DNA of 64,000 nt from NCBI GenBank assembly GCA_045863475.1, contig BTUR01000004.1:2628-66627 (forward strand), written 5' to 3'. Below, one piece after another: positions 36,978 to 45,460 of this stretch. Source of the DNA: Candidatus Campbellbacteria bacterium. Lineage in GTDB: Bacteria; Patescibacteriota; Minisyncoccia; Phycocordibacterales; EsbW-18. The notes below the pieces were generated by a model that was not told where the DNA came from, ran no database searches, and saw nothing but the letters and a program-made list of their open reading frames with translations. The position numbers and the translations under genes are program-made. Numbering within the stretch: position 1 is the first letter of the stretch; the number at the start of each line of letters is the position of its first letter.

Positions 36978-37283
36978 ATGACGCTTGATGCATTCCTTCA
37001 AAACGTCGTTAGTACGATACTTGAGCCGGGGTTATTTCTTCTGTTTGGTATCGCATTCGTGATATTTGTGTGGGGAATCGTCACATTCATCCGTGACGCG
37101 GATGACGCGGGCGGACGTGAGACGGGGAAGAAGAATATCATCTGGGGCATCGTCGGTATGGTGATTATGGTGTCGGTGTACGGCATCATCCGGATTGCCT
37201 ACGGAACAATCGGAGGAAATCCGAACGACATACCTAACGAAGGTCCCTTCCTTCCTGAAAACACGGTGGAAAATCCGCTCTAG
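36978..37283 (+). CDS. TrbC/VirB2-like pilin family protein, paralog 6 of 6
   Basis: FVIFVWGIVTFIRDADDAGGRETGKKNIIWGIVGMVIMV. Confidence 0.55.
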   Translation: MTLDAFLQNVVSTILEPGLFLLFGIAFVIFVWGIVTFIRDADDAGGRETGKKNIIWGIVGMVIMVSVYGIIRIAYGTIGGNPNDIPNEGPFLPENTVENPL

Positions 37284-37292
37284 GAAAAACAA

Positions 37293-37378
37293 GACAAAAG
37301 AAAAAAACCGGGCCTCGCGCGCAATGCGCGGGGCCCGGTTCGGTTGTGGCTGCGTTTCAGGCAGCCTAGGTTACGGAC
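37293..37378. repeat. Duplicated 3'-end module, copy A: last codons plus stop of the 37371 gene, a ggctgc...gcagcc hairpin, and a bidirectional terminator hairpin ccgggcctcgcgcgcaatgcgcggggcccgg
   Basis: About 90 bp near-identical to 38727-38812; the single difference is ttacgGactt versus ttacgAactt. Confidence 0.7.
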
Positions 37379-38627
37379 TTGGAATCAACGTTGAGAGGTT
37401 CGGACACGAAAACGACATCGGCCGCTTAGTGCTGGGGCTCGAGGAACTCCACGAGAACCCGTTGAGCGTCTGTGTGGTGAAGTCCGGGTTGGTGAACTCG
37501 AATGCACCACGGTCCTTCGGGTACGTTTGTTCCCAGGTTCCCATCTCTGCCGTGACGAGCATGAATTGCGTGTTGCTCCGCCGGCGTTCAGAAACCACCT
37601 CGAACCTTCCCGGACCGACGATTCTGGCTGAGTAGGTTGTTCCTTCGATGAAGAAGGAGCACGGGTACTTCTCAGTAAACCTTGATGCCGGTCTCGCTAC
37701 CGAATCTGAGTCGGTCTGTGCGACACCTGTGATGTAGAAGGGAATCCACGCGTTGTCGCGACCGGTGTCGCGGAATTGTCCGAGGATTCTCATGCCGGAT
37801 CCTGGGGCGACCGGTTGTTCGAACCAATCACCACCAGTCCCGCCGAGATCGCCGTTGTTCTTCCAGTGTCCTTTGCCGCTGACGCGATCAAGGAAAAAGG
37901 AAGATGACTCCATTTCGCCGCCGTTCCGATGAAACACCGTGAACGACAGGACACTTTGCGTGTCCGTGTCGATACGGACGTCCAGGCAGGTCGCCCGAAG
38001 ACCGGGTTTATAGCCCTTTACTCCGGGAGGCTTGCTCCAGCACCACTGCATCTTGGTGGGAATGGTGCCTGCTGTCGCAGATGCCGCCGGCCCCGACCTC
38101 TGCTCCACCGCCCTCTTCTTGGCTTCCAACAATCCCCACTGGTCGATACCCGAAAGGGCACCAACGCAGATTAGGATTAGTCCAACAACGGAGAGTGGTT
38201 TGATTGCTCGGAAGGTTCCGAAAATCAAGGTCATGAAGGTGCTCACCACCACGGTAGCAAAACCGATTCGCATGATGGTTGTCCACGTTGGTCCGGCTGT
38301 TGGTATGAGACTTGTGAGTCTAAACAGGATACCAGCCAGGACAGTGATGCCGATGAGACCAATCCACTTGAGTCTGGCATCTTGGATGCCGGACACCTTG
38401 AGAATGGCCGCACCAACCAGAACCAACCCGAACAGAACTCCTACAATTGTGATGGTCCAGAAGAGATCCCAACTCCAGTCGCCGCCAGCAGCTACGAAAA
38501 GCAAACCAAGGCTAAGCGCAAGGAGTGTGGTAGTGATCACCATGGTGACAACAACCATCATTGCCACGCGAGGCGAGTACCGTGCAGCCTTTTCCAAGAG
38601 GTTGGACAGACGGTCAAAAATGTTCAT
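37371..38627 (-). CDS. membrane protein (five N-terminal TM helices, large C-terminal extracellular domain)
   Basis: The C-terminal domain (ARIVGPGRFEV...TAEMGTWEQTYPKDRGAFEFTNPDF...PSP*) is paralogous to the C-terminus of the 38801 gene. Confidence 0.65.
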   Translation of the reverse strand: MNIFDRLSNLLEKAARYSPRVAMMVVVTMVITTTLLALSLGLLFVAAGGDWSWDLFWTITIVGVLFGLVLVGAAILKVSGIQDARLKWIGLIGITVLAGILFRLTSLIPTAGPTWTTIMRIGFATVVVSTFMTLIFGTFRAIKPLSVVGLILICVGALSGIDQWGLLEAKKRAVEQRSGPAASATAGTIPTKMQWCWSKPPGVKGYKPGLRATCLDVRIDTDTQSVLSFTVFHRNGGEMESSSFFLDRVSGKGHWKNNGDLGGTGGDWFEQPVAPGSGMRILGQFRDTGRDNAWIPFYITGVAQTDSDSVARPASRFTEKYPCSFFIEGTTYSARIVGPGRFEVVSERRRSNTQFMLVTAEMGTWEQTYPKDRGAFEFTNPDFTTQTLNGFSWSSSSPSTKRPMSFSCPNLSTLIPSP

Positions 38628-38726
38628 TTAGCGCATCCTCCTATTTTCCAGTTTTGTTTTTTATGAACATCCTCTGCCAATGTAGCACGAAAAAGCTATA
38701 AAGTCAAATTATTGGAACTGCGGACA

Positions 38727-38812
38727 AAAGAAAAAAACCGGGCCTCGCGCGCAATGCGCGGGGCCCGGTTCGGTTGTGGCTGCGTTTCAGGCAGCCTAGG
38801 TTACGAACTTGG
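38727..38812. repeat. Duplicated 3'-end module, copy B (after the 38801 gene)
   Basis: See copy A; it includes the stop codon and the last codons (..PSS*). Confidence 0.7.
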
Positions 38813-39631
38813 ATGAGGAACGGCTCCCTCGCAGGTAAGTGTGATGATGCGCTCACCCCGGTACGGATACCGGTCGCTCTTGGACACACCCTTGAAGACG
38901 CCGTCGACGTAGTCGGCGCTGCTCCACTCGAAGGTTCCGTAGTCAGATTCGAATTCCTCAGACCAGGTACCTTTGTTGTAGAGGTTCCAGTAGAGGTCAG
39001 CGGTTACATGTCTGCCAGGGCGAATCTTGGCATGTCCCGGTCCGACGATGATTGCATCATGTCGGAACGCACACTCATTTCTTGGTGTGCCGAAGCAGTA
39101 AGAGCAACGTATGCTATCTTCCAGTGGTTTTCTGGATGACCCCGATTCACTGTGTGACACCGAGGCCGAGTTTGACTTCTGGCTGTCCTTGAGTTTCTTG
39201 AGTTTCTCGAGAAGCTCAAGGGTCATGGGAACGGTCTTACAGCCCGTGTCTGGGTCAAACTCATGCTCCGACAGCGCCTTTCCGACGACCTTGCCGTTAC
39301 AGATGACGGCTCTCGCGTTCGGCTGACCACTTTTCGGGTCGAAGTTGTCCTGCGGCAACCGCTCCTCGAACTGACGTGACAGCCACTTCATGGAAGCAGC
39401 AGTCGGTGACCATGCAGAGAGGAACAGCCAGGCGACGACGGCGGAGAGGCCGACAGTCAGCATCTTGTACAGCTTGTGCTCGCGCCCGGTCCACAGCATC
39501 GTGATTGCCATGGCGATGAGGCCGATGGCGACCCATGTGCTTCCTTCAGGCAGAGCTGAACGAACGGCTGCCAAGAGGAACAGTACGATGGCGACGGTTC
39601 CGAAGATCCGCCACTGCGTAGCTCTGGTCAT
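38801..39631 (-). CDS. membrane-anchored protein paralogous to 37371-38627 in its C-terminal domain
   Basis: Start at MTRATQWRIF... (ATG 39631), overlapping the upstream stop (ATGA). C-terminal IIVGPGHAKIRPG...GTWSEEFESDYGTFEWSSADY...PSS*. Confidence 0.6.
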   Translation of the reverse strand: MTRATQWRIFGTVAIVLFLLAAVRSALPEGSTWVAIGLIAMAITMLWTGREHKLYKMLTVGLSAVVAWLFLSAWSPTAASMKWLSRQFEERLPQDNFDPKSGQPNARAVICNGKVVGKALSEHEFDPDTGCKTVPMTLELLEKLKKLKDSQKSNSASVSHSESGSSRKPLEDSIRCSYCFGTPRNECAFRHDAIIVGPGHAKIRPGRHVTADLYWNLYNKGTWSEEFESDYGTFEWSSADYVDGVFKGVSKSDRYPYRGERIITLTCEGAVPHPSS

Positions 39632-40389
39632 TTCGTTTCTCCTGGAACAAGCCGGAAGATGTTGAAGGACGCGGTGAGGAGCGCTGATGTCGCGAGGGCG
39701 ACAATGAGTTTCCCTGCGCCCGGCGACACCACGAACCACCACCAGAACACGATGGACAGAACGAGCAGGGCGAGCATCATGATTGCGTAGGCCTTAGCGG
39801 ACCACGTGAGGATCTTGCCTGCCTTGTCAGCCGCTTCTTTGGCCGTCGCTTTCGCAGCCTCCAAAGCGGTATTCTTCTCGCGAACCTCTCGAAGCAGAAG
39901 CGACACCATCATGTCTGCCGCCTCCGGACTGCGAGTCGAGCTTCTGAGAAATCCGATGATGAGCGACTCCGGCTCAAATCCCGCCGGATATGCCTCGCGC
40001 TGAACCGGTTCCTCGATGACCTCCGTGACGCCTCCCTTGCGCTGTCGCGTCGTCTTCTTGATGAAGGTGAGCATGCGCGGGGGAAGGTAGCCGTCTTTCG
40101 CCTGCGTGAACATCTCAGCAATCGCTTGCTCGACGGCATCACGTTCGTCAGGCGTCTTGAGGCGGTTGATTGCATCAACGAGAATCTTGCGTCTCTTGAA
40201 GGGGAGAAACTTGTCGTTGTTCACGACCGTGTTGAAGTCCAGTTTCTCCTTCTTCTGATCGTCGGGCTTCTTGCTGTCCGTTGTGGTTGCGACCGTCTTC
40301 ACCGCCTCCTTCCCGAGTTTACCGAGAAGCGCCGCGATGGAATCGCGAATTGCGTGGGCGATCAAGTCGTCCCAGATGTTTTTGAACAT
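39628..40389 (-). CDS. hypothetical protein with a C-terminal TM hairpin (about 254 aa)
   Basis: RBS GGAGAA precedes ATG (MFKNIWDD...). Lys/Glu-rich and coiled-coil-like, with two C-terminal TM helices. Confidence 0.55.
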   Translation of the reverse strand: MFKNIWDDLIAHAIRDSIAALLGKLGKEAVKTVATTTDSKKPDDQKKEKLDFNTVVNNDKFLPFKRRKILVDAINRLKTPDERDAVEQAIAEMFTQAKDGYLPPRMLTFIKKTTRQRKGGVTEVIEEPVQREAYPAGFEPESLIIGFLRSSTRSPEAADMMVSLLLREVREKNTALEAAKATAKEAADKAGKILTWSAKAYAIMMLALLVLSIVFWWWFVVSPGAGKLIVALATSALLTASFNIFRLVPGETK

Positions 40390-40778
40390 CTTCGTTCTCC
40401 TTTGGAGAGTGAGGGGTAAAGACGATTGTATGTACAAGCTCTACGAGAGAGCGTTATTTTCCAAGTTCGTTGTTAGAGAGCTTCTGTTGAGAATATAGCA
40501 CAAACAGGCCAAAAAGTCAAGTTATGAAAAGACAAATCACGGCTCTACAGAGCCGTGGTTTAAGCAAAACAAAATCACCGAACGCGGTGCGCTCGGTTCT
40601 TTGTTTTGTGGGCGGGAGAGTCGGCCAAGCGCTCGCTTGTTGCCGTCGCTCCTCGCTCCGCTCAGCCCTGCTCTTGCGACCCCGTCTGCCACCGGGGTGC
40701 CCGCAATTCGCCTTCGAGTCCTCTCTCGCTGACAAACAAAATCGCCCAAGGACTCGCCCTGGACTCATTTGTTTGTTG

Positions 40779-40860
40779 TGGGCGGGAGAGGACTCGAACC
40801 TCCATGTCTTGCGACACCAGCTCCTAAGGCTGGCGCGTCTACCAATTTCGCCACCCGCCC
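40779..40860 (-). tRNA. tRNA-Leu (anticodon UAG), long variable arm, no encoded CCA
   Basis: Minus-sense gggcggg-tg-gcg-aaattggtaga-cgc-g-ccagc-cTTAGga-gctgg-tgtcgcaagacat-ggagg-ttcgagt-cctct-cccgccc-a. Confidence 0.8.
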
Positions 40861-40889
40861 ATCCATCATGCGAACCAAAACATAATAAT

Positions 40890-40962
40890 GTCCACCCAGT
40901 AGGAGTCGAACCTACAACCAACTCCTTAAGAGGGAGCTGCTCTGCCAGTTGAGCTATGGGTG
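40890..40962 (-). tRNA. tRNA-Lys (anticodon CUU), unusual C1-G72 acceptor pair, no encoded CCA
   Basis: Minus-sense ccaccca-ta-gctc-aactggca-gagc-a-gctcc-cTCTTaa-ggagt-tggtt-gtagg-ttcgact-cctac-tgggtgg-a. Confidence 0.7.
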
Positions 40963-41139
40963 GTAACCAGAGCTATTCTAGCAACAACAAAAAGGTTTTT
41001 CTAGGTGGGCCAGGTGGGAATCGGTCACGAGTATTTTTCTGCTGAAAAACCTCGCGACCCGTGAAAAGGTATTTGTATACCTTTTCACCGCGCCGTCGCG
41101 CTCCGGCTTTCGATTCCCACAACAAAAGTTTGTTTTTTG

Positions 41140-41221
41140 TGGGCCAGGTGGGAATCGAACCCACATCTCTTACGAGACACGATCTTAAGTCGTGCGCGTA
41201 TACCAGTTCCGCCACTGGCCC
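41140..41221 (-). tRNA. tRNA-Leu (anticodon UAA), long variable arm, no encoded CCA
   Basis: Minus-sense gggccag-tg-gcg-gaactggtata-cgc-g-cacga-cTTAAga-tcgtg-tctcgtaagagat-gtggg-ttcgatt-cccac-ctggccc-a. Confidence 0.8.
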
Positions 41222-41367
41222 AAAAAGGGAAGTGCGAACAGGAATCGGTCACGAGTTTCTAATTCGCTGCGCTCACAAGAACTCTTGACCTCGCCTCGTC
41301 GCCGCCGAAGGCGGCACACTGCGGCCTTCGATTCCCGACGAAAGCAAAGCAGTTTGCTTTCTTTCGT

Positions 41368-41439
41368 GAGGCACGAACGGGAATCGAACCCGTGCATAAC
41401 GGTTTTGCAGACCGTCGCGTTACCACTTCGCCATCGTGC
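41368..41439 (-). tRNA. tRNA-Cys (anticodon GCA), discriminator U73, no encoded CCA
   Basis: Minus-sense ggcacga-tg-gcg-aagtggtaa-cgc-ga-cggt-cTGCAaa-accg-ttatgc-acggg-ttcgatt-cccgt-tcgtgcc-t. Confidence 0.75.
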
Positions 41440-41454
41440 CGCTACATCCCCATT

Positions 41455-41775
41455 TTAATCGCGAATCGAAAGCGTGTCGATGTCCTGACGATTCTTCTCA
41501 CCGTAGTCAATTTCAAAATCAAAGAAGGGGATGACGCGCACGCGGGTCTTCTTCTTTACGTAGGTGCGCAGTTCGGGACGCTTTCGTTTTAGGAAATCCA
41601 GTGCGTGTTGCTCGTAACTCTCCGGCAGAACGCTGATGTAGATTGTCGCCTGTTTTTCATCAGTTGAAAGTGCCGCGCGTGTCACGGTGATAAGGGACTC
41701 ACGGTTTGATTCGAAGTTTACGAATTCCGCAGCTGTGTGTGCGAGCAACTCTTCCTTTTGTTCTTTGTGCGACAT
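41455..41775 (-). CDS. rbfA: ribosome-binding factor A
   Basis: ...SLITVTRAALSTDEKQATIYISVLPE... KH-like RbfA core, directly downstream of infB. Confidence 0.8.
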   Translation of the reverse strand: MSHKEQKEELLAHTAAEFVNFESNRESLITVTRAALSTDEKQATIYISVLPESYEQHALDFLKRKRPELRTYVKKKTRVRVIPFFDFEIDYGEKNRQDIDTLSIRD

Positions 41776-41776
41776 A

Positions 41777-43279
41777 TTATTTCTCGACGATAGTGAACGC
41801 GTTTATGTAGTCACCGACGACAAGTGTCACGGATGAGTCGATACGGGCACCGAATTCAACGCCTGCTTCCGCTGTCTTTATTTCATCACGCTGTTTTTGG
41901 AGCCCTAATATTTTTCCCGTACCAATTTCTTCGGTCTTGCGAACGATAGCGACGGTGTCTCCGACGTGCAGCGTTCCGTCCTCAACTTTTCCGCCGACAA
42001 CCTGCTTCGTTTTGACCGCAGAGAAGCAGCGTAATATTCGCGCGCTCCCGTGCACCTCCTGTACGTCATGCTTCGGGCGGCGCGTTACGACGATGTCTTG
42101 AAGCCACTCAGAGATGCGATAGATGATACTCTCCGTGTGTATGCTCATACCGGCACGCTCCGCCGCTATTCGGGCTTCCGATTCAACTGCGGTGTTGAAT
42201 CCAATGAGGACGGTTCGCGCATCACCGCCGCCGATTTTGACATCATTTTCCGTGATGGGACCGACGCCGGTGTGCAGAATCTTGAGAACGACACCGTCGT
42301 CGTGAATTTTTGCGATTTCATGTGCGATTGCATCAATGGAGCCGACGGCATCTGCTTTGATGACGACCGGTATGAGCGCACGCTCGTCGTCCTCTGAAAG
42401 TTCAATCATTGATTTTGTTGTCGGAGTATCATGGACAATTTGTGCGCAATAGCTTTCGGCATCCTTCTTTTTTGAGAATGCTTTGACCGTATCGCCGACA
42501 CTTGGCACGTCGTTCCATCCATTGATGGTCACCGGGGAAGAGAATGTTGCAGTCTCCACTGGTGCTCCGGTGAAGTCGAAGATAGCGCGTACCGGTGCAC
42601 ACGCAGCCCCTGCGGCAACGGCCGTGCCTTTTGCGAGCGTTCCGTTTTGAATGATAAATGTTGCAGAGATGCCGCGCTTTGCGTCGCGGTGCGCCTCGAT
42701 GACGAATCCTTCCGCGTCAGTATCCGGGTCAGCCTGGAGTTCCTGGAGTTCGGCGAGGAGCAAAAGCATCTCCAGAAGTTCTCCGATACCGTCGCCGCGC
42801 TTCGCCGAAACCGGGATGCAGGGGATTGAACCACCGTAGCCTTCAGGGTAGATGCCGTTTTCAATCAAACTTGAAATGGTGTGATTTTGATCGGCATTCG
42901 GTGAGTCGATTTTGTTAAGCGCAATGCAAAATGGAATACCTGCATCTTGGATGGCTTGGTAGGCTTCTTTTGTTTGCGCTTTAACACCGTCTTCGGCGGA
43001 CACAACGAGGATCGCAATATCGGCAACAGATGCGCCGCGAGCGCGTTGCGCCTTAAACGCCTCGTGTCCGGGTGTGTCGATGAACGTTATCTTTTTCGGG
43101 TTTCCGTTTTTGTCCGCGTGCGTAACTTCGTATGCTGCGGTGTGCTGGGTTATGCCGCCCGCTTCACCGGCGACAACGTTGGCCTTGCGAATGTAGTCAA
43201 GCAGGCTGGATTTGCCGTGGTCGACATGTCCGAGCACGACAATAATAGGGGGTCGTTCTGTTGTGCGTTTGTCGTGCAT
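41777..43279 (-). CDS. infB: translation initiation factor IF-2, short form (500 aa; G domain to C-terminus only)
   Basis: [47 protein letters not shown]-domain motifs and the IF2 C-terminal beta-barrels. Confidence 0.9.
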   Translation of the reverse strand: MHDKRTTERPPIIVVLGHVDHGKSSLLDYIRKANVVAGEAGGITQHTAAYEVTHADKNGNPKKITFIDTPGHEAFKAQRARGASVADIAILVVSAEDGVKAQTKEAYQAIQDAGIPFCIALNKIDSPNADQNHTISSLIENGIYPEGYGGSIPCIPVSAKRGDGIGELLEMLLLLAELQELQADPDTDAEGFVIEAHRDAKRGISATFIIQNGTLAKGTAVAAGAACAPVRAIFDFTGAPVETATFSSPVTINGWNDVPSVGDTVKAFSKKKDAESYCAQIVHDTPTTKSMIELSEDDERALIPVVIKADAVGSIDAIAHEIAKIHDDGVVLKILHTGVGPITENDVKIGGGDARTVLIGFNTAVESEARIAAERAGMSIHTESIIYRISEWLQDIVVTRRPKHDVQEVHGSARILRCFSAVKTKQVVGGKVEDGTLHVGDTVAIVRKTEEIGTGKILGLQKQRDEIKTAEAGVEFGARIDSSVTLVVGDYINAFTIVEK

Positions 43280-43392
43280 AGAGGTGTGTTGTGTGCCATG
43301 AGGGCGACCATGAGGCCTTTAATATACAACATTTTTCCCCGTTGTGAAAGTGCGCGTTTGTGTCGTGCTGACGTATCATTTTATGTATACAT

Positions 43393-44583
43393 ATGATGTC
43401 TTCTGCTCCTCCATCAAAACCGATACGCGTCTACCTTGATTACGCGGCAACAACACCGCTCTCACGGCGCGTTGCAGAACGTATGCGGCCGTTTGAAAGC
43501 GAGTCGTTTGCAAACCCGCGTTCACAGCACGCGTTTGGGAAGGTCGCGCGCGAGGCATTTGATGACGCGCGCTTTACCGTTGGAAAAATCTTAGGTGCTA
43601 CCGCTGACGAAGTGCACTTTGTAGACGGAGGAACCGATGGAAATCAGAAGGCAATACTCGGTGTTGTGAATGGACTGCAGGACGACGGAGTACGGCTGGA
43701 AGATATGCATATCATCGTCTCTGCAATCGAACACTCCTCAATTCGCTCGTGCGCGGAGATGCTTTCTCGTCGCGGCGTGTCGGTTTCCTATGCTCCGGTG
43801 AATCGAGAAGGACTTATTGATGTGGATGCGTTCGCAAAGCTCGTTAAAGATTCAACGGTGTTTGTGTCAATCATGCTTACGAACAATGAAATCGGGACGA
43901 TCCAGCCGCTGCGGGAGATCTCGCGTGTTTTGGAAGAGAAATCAAAAGGGAAGAAGTACCCGATTGCGCTGCATACAGACGCGAGCCAGTCTCCATTGTG
44001 GATGTCGGTACGTCCGCGCGACCTTGGTGTGCAGCTTATGACGCTCGATGGCCACAAAATGTACGGCCCGAAAGGCTCAGGGGCGCTTATCGTTTTGCAC
44101 GGTGTTCCGTACGCGGGTCTTTGCGGCGCACTTCATGAGAAGCACGGAAGCGATGATGGCGTTGATGGTACGCCAAATATGCCCGGCATTATCGGATTTA
44201 CCGAGGCGCTTTCCATGTGTGAAGAGAAAAGAGACACGGCCGTTCCTGCAGTCCGGGAGCTCCAAAAGTACTTTTTAGAGCGTCTAGAGGAGCGTTTTCC
44301 CGATGCACGCATTCACGGAAGCCGCAGTGAGCGCGTTGCCAACAACATTAACGTGTCGTTTCCGAATATTGAGGGAGAATTTCTTGTCGCACAACTCTCG
44401 GCTCAGGGCGTTGCCGCGTCGGCTAAAAGCGCATGTCTCTCATCCGGCGAGGAGGGTTCATACGTCATTGCGGCGCTTGACTCGGAGCGCCGGAACAACG
44501 CGGTACGTTTCACGCTTGGGTACGAGACGACCCAAGATGATATTGATTACGTTATCTCCGTGCTTGTTGATGCCGTTGCGTAA
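43393..44583 (+). CDS. cysteine desulfurase (class V aminotransferase, IscS/NifS-like)
   Basis: VYLDYAATTPL N-terminus, the PLP lysine in HKMYGPKGSGALIV, and the catalytic Cys loop SAKSACLSSGEEGS. Confidence 0.85.
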   Translation: MMSSAPPSKPIRVYLDYAATTPLSRRVAERMRPFESESFANPRSQHAFGKVAREAFDDARFTVGKILGATADEVHFVDGGTDGNQKAILGVVNGLQDDGVRLEDMHIIVSAIEHSSIRSCAEMLSRRGVSVSYAPVNREGLIDVDAFAKLVKDSTVFVSIMLTNNEIGTIQPLREISRVLEEKSKGKKYPIALHTDASQSPLWMSVRPRDLGVQLMTLDGHKMYGPKGSGALIVLHGVPYAGLCGALHEKHGSDDGVDGTPNMPGIIGFTEALSMCEEKRDTAVPAVRELQKYFLERLEERFPDARIHGSRSERVANNINVSFPNIEGEFLVAQLSAQGVAASAKSACLSSGEEGSYVIAALDSERRNNAVRFTLGYETTQDDIDYVISVLVDAVA

Positions 44584-44654
44584 CGAATTCTTTTGTTTTT
44601 CACATGTTTCCTCTATACTTGTAGGAGCACTAGCAGACTATCTCGCACCACCTT

Positions 44655-45410
44655 ATGGATATCGAACACCTTAATAAAACGCAGATGATACTCCTCGCGC
44701 TGCTCGTATCATTCGTGACGTCAATTGCCACGGGTATTGCAACCGTTTCACTCATTGAGAAAGCGCCGGCTGATGTCACACGCGTCATTTCGCGCATTGT
44801 AGAGCAGCCGATTGAAACGATTCTTCCGGGAGAAAAAGAGGTGGTGACGCAAACGGTCGTTGTACAGGAAAGCGATCTCATCGCACAGGCGATAGTCGCG
44901 ATTCGCCCGAGCATTGTGCGTATTTATCAGGGCGAGCGCTCCGACAAAACATTTCTCGCATTCGGCGTTATCCTTGATGAAAAAGGAACGGTATTGGCCG
45001 ACGCAACAGTGGTGAAAGAGAAGAAGCCGTACGTTGTTGTTTTAGATGACGGTATTGAATTTGAAGCAATAGCAGATGATGCGGTAAACGGAGTTGTTCT
45101 CCTTACTCCGAATAATGCACCTGAACGCGCGACGTTTATTCCGGCGGCGCAGGAGGCGTTCTCTGAGCTCGCCCTCGGACAGACGGTTGTGGCACTCGGC
45201 AACAGCAACGGCTCGTACACAGTTTCGCCCGGCATCATCTCAGAGATTGTCAGTCCGTCTGCGGAAGAGGGTAGCCGCGGTTTCGTACGAACAACCATCA
45301 CATCAAACAACATTGCCTCTGGTTCGCCTCTGGTGACCGTGGAAGGGAAGATTGTGGGTATTGCGTATCCGGTGGAAACAGGGCTGTTTCGAGGGTTTCC
45401 GCCCAGGTAA
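44655..45410 (+). CDS. membrane-anchored trypsin-like (S1C/HtrA-type) protease-domain protein, possibly degenerate
   Basis: N-terminal TM helix. VVALGNSNGSYTVSPGIISE and NNIASGSPLVTVEGKIVGIAY parallel the HtrA GNSGGPL.N..G.VIGI region. Confidence 0.5.
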   Translation: MDIEHLNKTQMILLALLVSFVTSIATGIATVSLIEKAPADVTRVISRIVEQPIETILPGEKEVVTQTVVVQESDLIAQAIVAIRPSIVRIYQGERSDKTFLAFGVILDEKGTVLADATVVKEKKPYVVVLDDGIEFEAIADDAVNGVVLLTPNNAPERATFIPAAQEAFSELALGQTVVALGNSNGSYTVSPGIISEIVSPSAEEGSRGFVRTTITSNNIASGSPLVTVEGKIVGIAYPVETGLFRGFPPR

Positions 45411-45460
45411 GCGGTCAAGAGTGTTGACCAAAGGTCAATTTTGAGTTACAATTTTTTCGT

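Noticed and set aside
40517-41458. Multiple 60-140-aa ORFs in the ORF track across the tRNA cluster
   Set aside because: They overlap four confidently folded tRNA genes and their fragments. Spurious.
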